Program-made: the position numbers and the translations under genes
Assembly: GCA_964417945.1 (NCBI GenBank)
Contig: CAYQKH010000004.1
Location: forward strand, 1-56,701
Source of the DNA: an uncultured Opitutales bacterium
Lineage (GTDB): Bacteria; Verrucomicrobiota; Verrucomicrobiia; Opitutales; JABSRG01
DNA: 56,701 bases
Direction of reading: 5' to 3'
In this document: one piece after another, positions 11,065-19,721 of the stretch
Layout of the letters: every line of letters begins with the position of its first letter
Position numbering within the stretch: the stretch's first letter is position 1
Notes under the pieces: model-generated
What the model was told of the DNA's origin: nothing
Databases searched by the model: none
The model's input: the letters and a program-made list of their open reading frames with translations, nothing else

Positions 11065-11643
11065 TTAGCGGTCCGTGCAGGTTACAATGAATAAAAGAGG
11101 GGGGCTGTTGCTCCCGATCCGGGTCGACGGGCGGATGACTTCCCATTTGTCTTTCGGCAGCCGGTTCAACCAGTTTTCGACTGCCTTCGCCTCGTCCGCG
11201 CCCCCGGGATGGCCGGTGTAAACGATTATCGTCAGGCATCCATCGGGTGCGAGGAGGGTATGCGCGGCTTCCAACCCTTTCAGCGTCGTCTCCGGCTTGG
11301 AGATAATGGATTTATCTCCTCCCGGTAGGTAGCCAAGATTGAACATGATACAGTCGACCCGGTTCCGGATCTCCTTGACCGGCAGGTGCTCCAGCAGGTC
11401 CGCATGGTTCGCATAGACCAACTCGACCCGCTCCGAAAGTCCTCTGGCCTCCAGCATCTTCCGAGTATTTTTCAGAGCTTTCATCTGGATGTCGAATCCC
11501 CAAACCTTTCCTGCCGAACCGACGGTAGAGGCGAGAAAAAGGGTATCATGCCCGTTGCCTACCGTGGCATCCACTGCGAGATCGGGCGTCTTCGCGAGGG
11601 ACGCCAGGTAGCGGTGTGCACGTTCTACAGCGCGCTCGTTCAT
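11065..11643 (-). CDS. mnmM: MnmM/YtqB-family SAM-dependent methyltransferase (putative tRNA mnm5s2U34 methyltransferase)
   Basis: VDATVGNGHDTLFLA, MFNLGYLPGGDKSI, IIVYTGHPGG and NSPPLLFIV closely match my recollection of Bacillus YtqB/MnmM (PF06962). The ATG at 11643 forms an ATGA overlap with the stop of the upstream gene. Confidence 0.8.
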   Translation of the reverse strand: MNERAVERAHRYLASLAKTPDLAVDATVGNGHDTLFLASTVGSAGKVWGFDIQMKALKNTRKMLEARGLSERVELVYANHADLLEHLPVKEIRNRVDCIMFNLGYLPGGDKSIISKPETTLKGLEAAHTLLAPDGCLTIIVYTGHPGGADEAKAVENWLNRLPKDKWEVIRPSTRIGSNSPPLLFIVTCTDR

Positions 11644-12728
11644 GGCCCCTCCAAGGGCTCTTTCAGAAACTTCAGTCGGCGCTGAACATCCCAATCCTTT
11701 CGGATTTTGGTATCCTTAATAAGATGCGAGGCCAGATCCTGGGCCGTAGCCGGACCGTAAATGGAACCCTTGCTCCCGAAGCCGTTTAAAATCGCGAGGC
11801 GAGCCTCCAACGGGTGCCGTCCCACGTAGGGGAGGGAATCGTTCGTCCCCGGACGAATCCCCGCCCGGTGAGAGGAGACGGGGAATTTCCCGGAATTCAG
11901 GGTTTTCAAATCTTTGACCAGTTCCATCATGCCGGTCAGGCTCGGCCCGCTTTCGAGAGAATCCCAGCTGTAGGTGGCGCCCACACGCGCTTGCTGCGGG
12001 CCCGTTGGAAGAATCCACTTCCCTTTATTGAGAATATAGTCGGTTACCTGGAGGCATTGATCGACATCGAGGACCTCGCCCTTCGAGAGACGGTAATCGA
12101 GCCAATCAAACCAAGGATTTTGGGAAGCGCGAAAACCCTCGCAAAAGATCACGACCCGAGCTGAGTAATCCTTCCAGCAGCAAACCGCCGGTTCCGACTC
12201 AAGGTCCAGTTCTTCGTAGCGGAAGGGAACCCGGATCAGGACTTCCCTCCGTTCAAAGTATCGTCCGAGGGTTTCCACCAATTTGTTCACCGCCAGCCAG
12301 CCCCCTCCGAGGATTTCAAAACTGCCGAACGGGTCCTGAAGCTCGCTCCCGAAGGCTCCCGCCTCAAACGCGCTTCCAAGCCATTCGGCATACTCCGGGT
12401 CCGCCTTCCGGGATTTCCACAATTCCCGTTCCTTTGCGTCCCGGAGAACCCGAAGAATTCCCCGATCTTCGAAAAAAGGTTCTCCAAATGCCTTCTCCAG
12501 TGTCCGGTAAGTCTCCTTTGCGACGGGAAGGAGTTCGTCGATACCCCAAGACTTGACGATCCGCTTCCCGGTAACCGGATTCAGGATACCCGCAGCTACC
12601 GGGTGGGCGGCATTCGGCAATTTCGCCTCAATGAGATGAACGCGGGCTCCTATGTGCAGCAATTCCCATCCGAGGAGACTACCGGCCAAGCCCTGGCCGA
12701 CAATCAAGTAATCCAGGGGATGTGACAT
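11640..12728 (-). CDS. FAD-dependent oxidoreductase (DAO family; MnmC(o)/YurR-like candidate)
   Basis: N-terminal dinucleotide fold DYLIVGQGLAGSLLGWEL...VHLIE. DAO-family length (362 aa). Translationally coupled to the MnmM-like gene. Confidence 0.8.
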   Translation of the reverse strand: MSHPLDYLIVGQGLAGSLLGWELLHIGARVHLIEAKLPNAAHPVAAGILNPVTGKRIVKSWGIDELLPVAKETYRTLEKAFGEPFFEDRGILRVLRDAKERELWKSRKADPEYAEWLGSAFEAGAFGSELQDPFGSFEILGGGWLAVNKLVETLGRYFERREVLIRVPFRYEELDLESEPAVCCWKDYSARVVIFCEGFRASQNPWFDWLDYRLSKGEVLDVDQCLQVTDYILNKGKWILPTGPQQARVGATYSWDSLESGPSLTGMMELVKDLKTLNSGKFPVSSHRAGIRPGTNDSLPYVGRHPLEARLAILNGFGSKGSIYGPATAQDLASHLIKDTKIRKDWDVQRRLKFLKEPLEGP

Positions 12729-12794
12729 TTTATAAAAATCGCCCCGGTCACTTTCGTGAGCAAGGACAAACCCCGCCCTTGCTCGTCCTTAGAA

Positions 12795-15700
12795 TCAGGT
12801 GAAGGTATCCGTTCCGAGAGTCCCCTTCAATTCCTCCAAGCGCTGCGGGGAGCGAACCTGCTCCAGAGTACGACGGGCTTCCTCAAGGCGGGTAGCGCAG
12901 TCCAGACTGCGGGCGACCTCCCGGTAGAACGGCTTTTCCATGAATGCCGAGAGATAGGCAATGTGCCGTTCCCACAGTTGGGTTTCCCCCCGCTGGCGGT
13001 TTTGTAGCCGCTGCAGATACCATTCACTGGAAAGGAAGCGCTCACGGTCAAACAATCCTCGAAACTCGGGATCGTTCAATCCTTTCCCCTCCCAACTCCC
13101 CTTTGCCATGATGCTGAGAACGGCTTTGAGTGGCGGGCAGGCCAACTCGTAGGATCCGTCCCGAAAATAACGCTCCGCCACCCATCGGTGGGCCGTGACG
13201 ATGTTGTCAACACCATCGGCAAAAATCTCCGGATCCTGGAGCTCCGGTTTGAGTATTTCTTCTGGGAAAACGCTCTTGGGGTTCGTAAAGAGTCGACCGC
13301 AGAAACGATTGACGAATTTTTCGTTTATTCGGTAGCCCAGACGTCCGGCGGGAACGGTTTTACCTTCAAATTCAAAATCCACGCATCGCTCGAGGTAGCC
13401 ATCTTCCAGGAGAAAGGAGGCCTTTTGCTCCTCAAGGCGCATCCGACACCAGATCTCCGGGACAAGTAGGCTGATATCATGATCGACCCGGTAATGGGGG
13501 CCCACGTAACCGGCGGAGGAGAGAAAGGCCGGGTAGCCGCACAACAGAAAAGAGACCAGGGCGTTGTTCAAATCGTGCACCGGAAGAAGGGCGTTAAAGG
13601 GCGCTTTCGTCAGGGCACCCTCCGAACCGGCCCCCGTTGTCGATGGAGATTTGCCCGTGATACTTGCAATGAACTCCATGAATAACTCCGGCAGCTCCAT
13701 GTAGTGGATCGGGTTGAAAACACAGAGTGGACGAATCGGAGGATCGTTCTCCGGATCCGGGGGGTTGTTGCGCCTTCCCGCCAGTATTGCGGTGACCGGA
13801 ACGATCGGCTTGGCCTCCGCAGGGATGCGGTAAAACAGGCGGGTGCTGATTTCTGCAAGAGAACGGTCCCGCTCGTTCACGATATCGGGACGGAGCTGGA
13901 GATACCGGGGGTTTTTGGTCGGCTTCCCATCGACGATCCGGGGATTGGCCGACGAGCAGAAGTAGGTCGGACCATCCCCACGCGCCATCGCTTCGATTAG
14001 GTTGTGCATCGGCGGCGTGTAGTTATCGAAGCGAATGTTCGCTTCACACTGCTCGCGGGCATCCACTTCGGTGAGCGGCTCATAATTACTGAGAAAGGCA
14101 TCAGGAGAGGCCAGATCCGCCTCCGCCTGCTTATCGTATCCACGGATGATCGCATCGTCCGGTCGTTGGAAAAAGCGAAACTCACAATTTTCAGCATACT
14201 TCAAACAGGGGAAGCCGAGACTTTCCTTTAACTGAGGCAGGGTGGCGACGGGGGAGACCACAGATGCGGTGATATCGTCTTCCATCGACAACTTTTCAGC
14301 CGGCATGAAATCCCGGCGCAGTTGGAAAATTCGCCATGACCCGTCCGGGAGGTATCCCACGCGGAGATACTGGGTTTGCAGCTTTTTCCCACGGTATCGC
14401 AGCTCGTTGCCTGGCTTTCCATTTACCGTATCCACGGAAAAACGGTTTCTCCAATGCCCCTCCTTTTCTTCCCATTCCTTCCGGTAAAGGCGCTTTAAAG
14501 TGAGGACGAGATCCTTAATATACTCCGGGATCGACGACAACCAGGCGTTGTAGGCGTCCGTGTAGTCCTCTTCCGAGGGGGTCAGCAGCTTGATCACCGA
14601 ACCAAGCGAACGATCTTCGCACAAGAGCGAACGGCTGTCCTTCGCATGTTTCCCGGGGTCCCGGAAACGATCACTAAAGTCGCGCGAGAGGATCCCCTCC
14701 ACCTGGTCGAAATCCTCTTGTATGCTGTGAACGAATACCGGTCCGACGATGATCGCATCCGTTATCGGCTTGGAAATTTCGCTCTTGCCACCACCGCTCA
14801 CGGTGCAGGGCTTGTGGCAGTATGCCGCCTGTGCGGTCGTTCCTTTTAGGCGCCAGCGCCGACCGGCGTGCGGCCGCACCATTTCCACCTTGTATCCACT
14901 GGGAAGGACGTAGACCTTATCCGCTTCCAGACGGATATGATGCCGTTCTCCGTCTCGAACCCAGGTGATCGACTGGTCATCCAATTTGATCTCCACGTCT
15001 TCCGGAACATAGCGGATATCGGGGCTCAAAAGGTCTACCGCATAGCCTTCAGGTTCTATCCGCACCCGGTCGGCGAGCAGGGATAATGCCTCCTCAAAAG
15101 TGTGGTCGACCGTTTGAAAAAAGCGACTCAGGTGGAATTCCTCGCCAAGGTCATAACTCGAAAAAACGAGTGCCCCCCCCGCATGCTCCTCCTCGCAGAG
15201 GCCATACTGGTTTGCCGCGAACCCGATCTGGGTCTTCACTTCCTTTTTGCAATAGCCGAAGTAATTATCCGAGATCACCGTGACGATCACTCCGCGTTGA
15301 TCCCTGCAGGTCAGTTTGAAGGCTCCACCGTCGTTGTAGAGTTCGTCCTCCGATTCCCAGCACATCCCGTCGCGCTTTTGGCGTTCCGTCGCATCCTTTA
15401 TCTTTGGCAACCCCAGTTCCCTTTTTGTTAAACGAGTCAGGTGAGGTGCGAGAATCACGCAGCCCGTGTGCCCCGTCCATTGCAGAATGTCCAGACCCGC
15501 ATCGTTTTGGGAAAGATAGGGATCTCCGGCATTCCCAAAGATCGACTCCACGAAGTCTAAATTGCTGACAAGGTTTCCTGGAGCGAAAAACCGGATCTCC
15601 ATGGTTTTGCGATGGAGAAAACCGGGCACTTCTGGGCTAACCATCGGCCTCAATAGCAACGAGACCCAGCAACGGGCTGGTTCTGCCTCTCCATCGTGGT

Positions 15701-16286
15701 AGGGTAGCTGCAATAAACTCTCCGGCGGGCAAAAGGCCGCATTAAAAAGCCGCGCCGCCGCCCGGGCCGGGACTGCCTTTTTATCGTCAGGTATCGGCAG
15801 TCCGCCCTCCGCCACGTGAAAGACTCCGCGGGTGGTCCGCCGGTCCATAATCGGGTTGTGCAATACCCCCTGCTTAATCCGGTAGGAGGTGACGATATCC
15901 GATTCAAAGCGGTCCCCGTTAGCTGGGAGTGAAAGTATTCGTGCCAATCCGTGCCGATCCAGAATGAAACTTGATGACGGCAGAGTAGGACGGTCCTCAG
16001 GATAATCCCCGAAATAGCCATCGAGGAATTGCTGGATCCGGCGGTCCGCCGGACAAAACTCTCCCTGCAACATGCGAAACTGCTCCCGGAAGTGTTCGAT
16101 CAGCGGTTCCGATATCTGCATCAACCCTTTGTGCGCCGCAGGCTCATCGCGCAGCGGGGGCAGGCCCAAAGCCTTCAGTTTTATTCGCGTAAACGCCTTT
16201 AACGCGTCATAATTTTCTTCCCGGATTGTGTCATCCGGATAAATTCCGAGAGCTTTTTGGTGGTCCATAGGAGTCGCAAGAGTCAC
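12795..16286 (-). CDS. large PEPCK-superfamily protein, probable PPi-dependent phosphoenolpyruvate carboxykinase
   Basis: The 1163-aa uninterrupted ORF has motifs collinear with the GTP-PEPCK encoded 1 kb away: DRRTTRG (vs ESRT), NYFGYCKKEV (vs [12 protein letters not shown]), EEHAGG (vs AEHML), CTVSGGGKSE P-loop (vs PSACGKTN), NCEFRFF (vs PNSRFT), ILAGRRN (vs IFGGRS). The size fits the roughly 130-kDa PPi-PEPCK class. The function is inferred and was not database-verified. Confidence 0.6.
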   Translation of the reverse strand: MTLATPMDHQKALGIYPDDTIREENYDALKAFTRIKLKALGLPPLRDEPAAHKGLMQISEPLIEHFREQFRMLQGEFCPADRRIQQFLDGYFGDYPEDRPTLPSSSFILDRHGLARILSLPANGDRFESDIVTSYRIKQGVLHNPIMDRRTTRGVFHVAEGGLPIPDDKKAVPARAAARLFNAAFCPPESLLQLPYHDGEAEPARCWVSLLLRPMVSPEVPGFLHRKTMEIRFFAPGNLVSNLDFVESIFGNAGDPYLSQNDAGLDILQWTGHTGCVILAPHLTRLTKRELGLPKIKDATERQKRDGMCWESEDELYNDGGAFKLTCRDQRGVIVTVISDNYFGYCKKEVKTQIGFAANQYGLCEEEHAGGALVFSSYDLGEEFHLSRFFQTVDHTFEEALSLLADRVRIEPEGYAVDLLSPDIRYVPEDVEIKLDDQSITWVRDGERHHIRLEADKVYVLPSGYKVEMVRPHAGRRWRLKGTTAQAAYCHKPCTVSGGGKSEISKPITDAIIVGPVFVHSIQEDFDQVEGILSRDFSDRFRDPGKHAKDSRSLLCEDRSLGSVIKLLTPSEEDYTDAYNAWLSSIPEYIKDLVLTLKRLYRKEWEEKEGHWRNRFSVDTVNGKPGNELRYRGKKLQTQYLRVGYLPDGSWRIFQLRRDFMPAEKLSMEDDITASVVSPVATLPQLKESLGFPCLKYAENCEFRFFQRPDDAIIRGYDKQAEADLASPDAFLSNYEPLTEVDAREQCEANIRFDNYTPPMHNLIEAMARGDGPTYFCSSANPRIVDGKPTKNPRYLQLRPDIVNERDRSLAEISTRLFYRIPAEAKPIVPVTAILAGRRNNPPDPENDPPIRPLCVFNPIHYMELPELFMEFIASITGKSPSTTGAGSEGALTKAPFNALLPVHDLNNALVSFLLCGYPAFLSSAGYVGPHYRVDHDISLLVPEIWCRMRLEEQKASFLLEDGYLERCVDFEFEGKTVPAGRLGYRINEKFVNRFCGRLFTNPKSVFPEEILKPELQDPEIFADGVDNIVTAHRWVAERYFRDGSYELACPPLKAVLSIMAKGSWEGKGLNDPEFRGLFDRERFLSSEWYLQRLQNRQRGETQLWERHIAYLSAFMEKPFYREVARSLDCATRLEEARRTLEQVRSPQRLEELKGTLGTDTFT

Positions 16287-16390
16287 ATTATTTCACGTTC
16301 AACCCTCTCTATGGTCAAGAATTGTCAAAATTTAATTTCCCCATCCGGAACCTATTGCAATCTCGAACTTTCAGTATTTATTGAAAATAG

Positions 16391-16945
16391 ATGAAACCCC
16401 CACCAAATGAAATGCAGGAATACCCGCCAAGAGAGGTGGAAGCCCTGGAAGCCGCTCGGGAACGGTTCATCAGCCAATGGGGGGCAATGGGAAGCGCGTG
16501 GGGAATCAATCGGACGATGGCCCAAATCCATGCCCTTCTACTTTCAAAGCTCGATCCACAGACAACGGATGAGGTGATGGAGGAGCTGAAAATTAGCCGA
16601 GGGAATGCCAACACCAATTTGCGCGACCTCGTCGGTTGGGGACTTGTGCGGAGTATTTACTTTAAAGGAGACCGGAAAGAGTATTTTGAAGCAGAGACGG
16701 ACATCTGGAAAATGTTCTGCATCATCGCTCGGGAAAGGAAGCGGAGGGAATTGGAGCCAGCGGTCAGTGTGCTTCAGTTCTGCAGGGATCACACGCGGGA
16801 TCTTAAGTCCGAAGAAGGACGACAACTCCACGCCGTCACTCGCGACCTTGAGAGCTTTATCTCCAAGGGCGAACGCTTCCTTGAGGCCCTTTCTAAGAAT
16901 GAGGAATCGACGATTTTCCCCCGGCTGATGAAGCTCCTTTCTTAA
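16391..16945 (+). CDS. GbsR/MarR family transcriptional regulator
   Basis: FISQWGAMGSAWGINRTMAQIHALLLS...DEVMEELKISRGNANTNLRDLVGWGLV...GDRKEYFEAE..IWKMF..IARERKRREL matches the GbsR-type winged-helix family. Confidence 0.85.
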   Translation: MKPPPNEMQEYPPREVEALEAARERFISQWGAMGSAWGINRTMAQIHALLLSKLDPQTTDEVMEELKISRGNANTNLRDLVGWGLVRSIYFKGDRKEYFEAETDIWKMFCIIARERKRRELEPAVSVLQFCRDHTRDLKSEEGRQLHAVTRDLESFISKGERFLEALSKNEESTIFPRLMKLLS

Positions 16946-17025
16946 TCATGAGAACATGTCCCATCGCAAGGTCTTCCACGGTACATTCCTCTCGGGTAGT
17001 GGCACCCCGGGCAACACGGATTTTT

Positions 17026-17080
17026 GGTTCTTCTGCTGCCACGACGGCGGGGGTCGACATCCTCCGGCGGGTTCTTCTGC
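17026..17080 (+). promoter_or_regulatory. 11-bp direct repeat GGTTCTTCTGC (x2, 44 bp apart) upstream of pckG; candidate operator
   Basis: Exact copies at 17026-17036 and 17070-17080 in the 256-nt regulator-pckG intergenic region. Confidence 0.25.
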
Positions 17081-17201
17081 AAATCCACCGGTTGCGCCGT
17101 TCGTTTGAAAAGTCTACCTAATTTGTACGGCTAAAAAAATTAGATTTCCTTATTCTTTGTAATTGATCCGATTGGGTAGGAGCGATTCCATTAACTGTTA
17201 T

Positions 17202-19019
17202 ATGACCCATCTCGAAGCACCCCCTAAGACTCGTCATCCGGCCCTCTTAAAGTGGGTGGACAAAATGGCCGCGATGTGTGAACCGGATGCCGTTCACTGG
17301 TGCAATGGATCTCAGGAGGAAGCGGGGCAACTTTTTGAAATTATGGAAGCGAGGGGAACCTGTGTAAAATTAAACGAGGAAATGCGCCCCAACAGTTACC
17401 TCTTTCGTTCCGATCCCAAGGATGTTGCGCGCGTGGAAAGCCGGACCTTCATCTGCAGTTACTCCCGGGATACGGCCGGCCCGACCAACAACTGGGAGGA
17501 GCCGAGGAAGATGCGCCGGAAGTTGAAGGATCTTTTCCAGGGCTGCATGCGGGGGAGGACGATGTATGTCATTCCATTCAGCATGGGTCCGATTGGCTCT
17601 CCCATTTCGCAAATCGGGGTGGAGGTCACCGATTCACCCTATGTGGTGGTTAATATGCGGATCATGGCACGGGTGGGGGATGCCGTCCTTGATGCACTTG
17701 GCGAGAAACAGTTTTTTGTTCCTTGCCTTCACTCAGTGGGGCAACCGCTTGTGGATGGAAGAGAAGACGTTGCCTGGCCCTGCGATCCGGAGAACACTTA
17801 TATTGCCCACTTTCCCGAAGAGCGTACCATTGTTTCCTATGGCAGCGGGTATGGTGGAAATGCGCTTCTCGGGAAAAAGTGCTTTGCTCTGCGGATTGCC
17901 TCCAACATGGCCCACGACGAGGGTTGGCTTGCAGAGCACATGCTCATCCTCGGGGTAAAAGACCCTCAAGGCAGGAAAACCTACGTGACGGCGGCCTTCC
18001 CGAGCGCCTGTGGCAAAACCAATTTCGCCATGCTCATTCCGCCCAAGGCGATGCGGGAAGAGGGTTTCGAGGTGACCACGGTCGGGGATGATATTGCTTG
18101 GATCAAGCCGGATGCGGAAGGCCGACTGCGGGCGATCAATCCCGAGTCCGGGTTTTTCGGGGTGGCTCCCGGGACTTCCTACGCAACGAATTTAAACGCG
18201 ATGGAATCCTGCCGGAAAGACACCATCTTCACCAATGTTGCCCTGACCGATGACGGTGATGTCTGGTGGGAGGGCATGACCAAAACTCCGCCTGCGCACC
18301 TGATCGACTGGCAGGGTAGGGATTGGACTCCGGACTGTGGCCGTCCCGCCTCGCACCCGAATTCACGGTTCACTGCCCCTGTAAGCAACTGTCCATGCGT
18401 AGACGAAAATTGGGAGGATCCCAAGGGCGTCCCGATCAGCGCTTTCATTTTCGGAGGTCGGAGCGATCACGACGTTCCGCTGGCCTTCCAGGCCTTCAAT
18501 TGGACCCACGGGGTTTACCTCGGCGCGACGATGGGTTCTCAGAAAACGGCCGCGGCAGAGGGTAAGGCAGGGGAACTGCGACGGGACCCAATGGCAATGT
18601 TGCCCTTTATCGGCTACCACATGGGGGACTATTTCCGCCACTACATCAAGGTTGGGAATCAATTGAAACAGCCGCCACAGATCTTTCACGTGAACTGGTT
18701 CCGGCGCGATAAGAACGGAAAATTCCTCTGGCCGGGCTTTGGGGAAAACATGCGGATTCTCCGCTGGATTGTCGAGCGGACGATCGGAAGAAGTTTTGGC
18801 GGCGAAACCGATCTCGGTTACATGCCCCGCTATGAAGACATCGACTGGAATGGGCTGGAATTCAGCAAGGCGCAGTGGGATGAAGTCATGTCCTACAGTC
18901 GTGATCGTTGGCAAACCATGACCCTGCAGCACGAAGAGCTCTTTCTGCTGCTGCACGATCGCCTGCCCAAGGAGATGGTCTACGAACGCGAACTCTTGAA
19001 GTGCCGACTGCTTGGCTGA
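17202..19019 (+). CDS. pckG: phosphoenolpyruvate carboxykinase (GTP)
   Basis: Canonical GTP-PEPCK motifs: [70 protein letters not shown] prefer the ATG at 17202 over the TTG at 17163. Confidence 0.95.
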   Translation: MTHLEAPPKTRHPALLKWVDKMAAMCEPDAVHWCNGSQEEAGQLFEIMEARGTCVKLNEEMRPNSYLFRSDPKDVARVESRTFICSYSRDTAGPTNNWEEPRKMRRKLKDLFQGCMRGRTMYVIPFSMGPIGSPISQIGVEVTDSPYVVVNMRIMARVGDAVLDALGEKQFFVPCLHSVGQPLVDGREDVAWPCDPENTYIAHFPEERTIVSYGSGYGGNALLGKKCFALRIASNMAHDEGWLAEHMLILGVKDPQGRKTYVTAAFPSACGKTNFAMLIPPKAMREEGFEVTTVGDDIAWIKPDAEGRLRAINPESGFFGVAPGTSYATNLNAMESCRKDTIFTNVALTDDGDVWWEGMTKTPPAHLIDWQGRDWTPDCGRPASHPNSRFTAPVSNCPCVDENWEDPKGVPISAFIFGGRSDHDVPLAFQAFNWTHGVYLGATMGSQKTAAAEGKAGELRRDPMAMLPFIGYHMGDYFRHYIKVGNQLKQPPQIFHVNWFRRDKNGKFLWPGFGENMRILRWIVERTIGRSFGGETDLGYMPRYEDIDWNGLEFSKAQWDEVMSYSRDRWQTMTLQHEELFLLLHDRLPKEMVYERELLKCRLLG

Positions 19020-19030
19020 TCCCACCGGCC

Positions 19031-19176
19031 GGTTTTCGTAGGGAATGGATCGGCCGGAAGGATCAGCCAAGGACAGGGGCGAGCTATGGCCCGCCCTCTG
19101 CCTTCATCCGTCGCCTTTCAGGCGGTGGCCAACACGTGCATCTCATCACCTCTTGGCTTCCTGAAAAAATCCGGGC
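19031..19176. repeat. dispersed non-coding repeat, copy A (between convergent pckG and the L,D-transpeptidase gene)
   Basis: Shares four ordered blocks with copy B (55924-56142). These include TTTTCGTAGGGAATGG (B: TTTTCCGTAGGAGATGG), CGCCCTCTGCCTT (B: CGCCCTCCGCCTT), and a 38-nt terminal block GCATCTCATCACCTCTTGGCTTCCTGAAAAAATCCGGG that differs from B by 2 substitutions and a 1-nt A-run length difference. Confidence 0.7.
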
Positions 19177-19721
19177 TATTCCTCGACCCAGACCAGCGTC
19201 TGCTCCGGAACCTGCTCAAACAGCTCACAGATGGAGGCGTTGGAGAATTCAATACAACCTCCGCTAAAAGGCTGGCCAAGCCGTTCTTCGTGGTTTGTCC
19301 CATGGAAATAAATATACCGGTCGTAGGAGTCTACGCCGGGCCCCGCGTTCCTCCCCGGCTCTAATCCACGAAGACGCAGAATCCGGCTCGTGATGAGGTT
19401 GGGCTCACGCTCGGCCTCCGGAAGGTCGAAAAAGCAGTGACCTGTCGCCACCCGGCCACGAAAGACCATGCCCTCCGGTTCACCGGTGCCGATCTTTTCC
19501 GCAATCTCGTGCAAGCCCCTCGGGGTCCCGAAGCTGTTTTCCTTCTCTGAGGGAGGTTTTATCGAAGTGGACACCGGATAATTCGCCACACGACGATTAT
19601 TCTTGAAAAAGAAACACCGCTGTTGGGAAATCGAAACCCCAAGGAGCTGGTGAGTCGGGCTTTTTTTCAACCGAACCAGCTCCTGATTTAATCGTCTCAA
19701 AAAATCCTTACCTGTATTCAT
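19176..19721 (-). CDS. L,D-transpeptidase family protein (YkuD domain)
   Basis: C-terminal catalytic motif YIYFHGTNHEERLGQPFSGGCIEFSN (His ... SxGC). The start is uncertain: ATG 19721 (MNTGKDF) or 19751. Confidence 0.82.
   Translation of the reverse strand: MNTGKDFLRRLNQELVRLKKSPTHQLLGVSISQQRCFFFKNNRRVANYPVSTSIKPPSEKENSFGTPRGLHEIAEKIGTGEPEGMVFRGRVATGHCFFDLPEAEREPNLITSRILRLRGLEPGRNAGPGVDSYDRYIYFHGTNHEERLGQPFSGGCIEFSNASICELFEQVPEQTLVWVEE

Noticed and set aside
16948-17115. Small ORFs (55 aa and 49 aa in two frames) in the regulator-pckG intergenic region
   Set aside because: They have Arg/Ser/Pro-rich, GC-driven composition, no RBS and no membrane or known-peptide features. The region more likely holds promoter or operator sequences.
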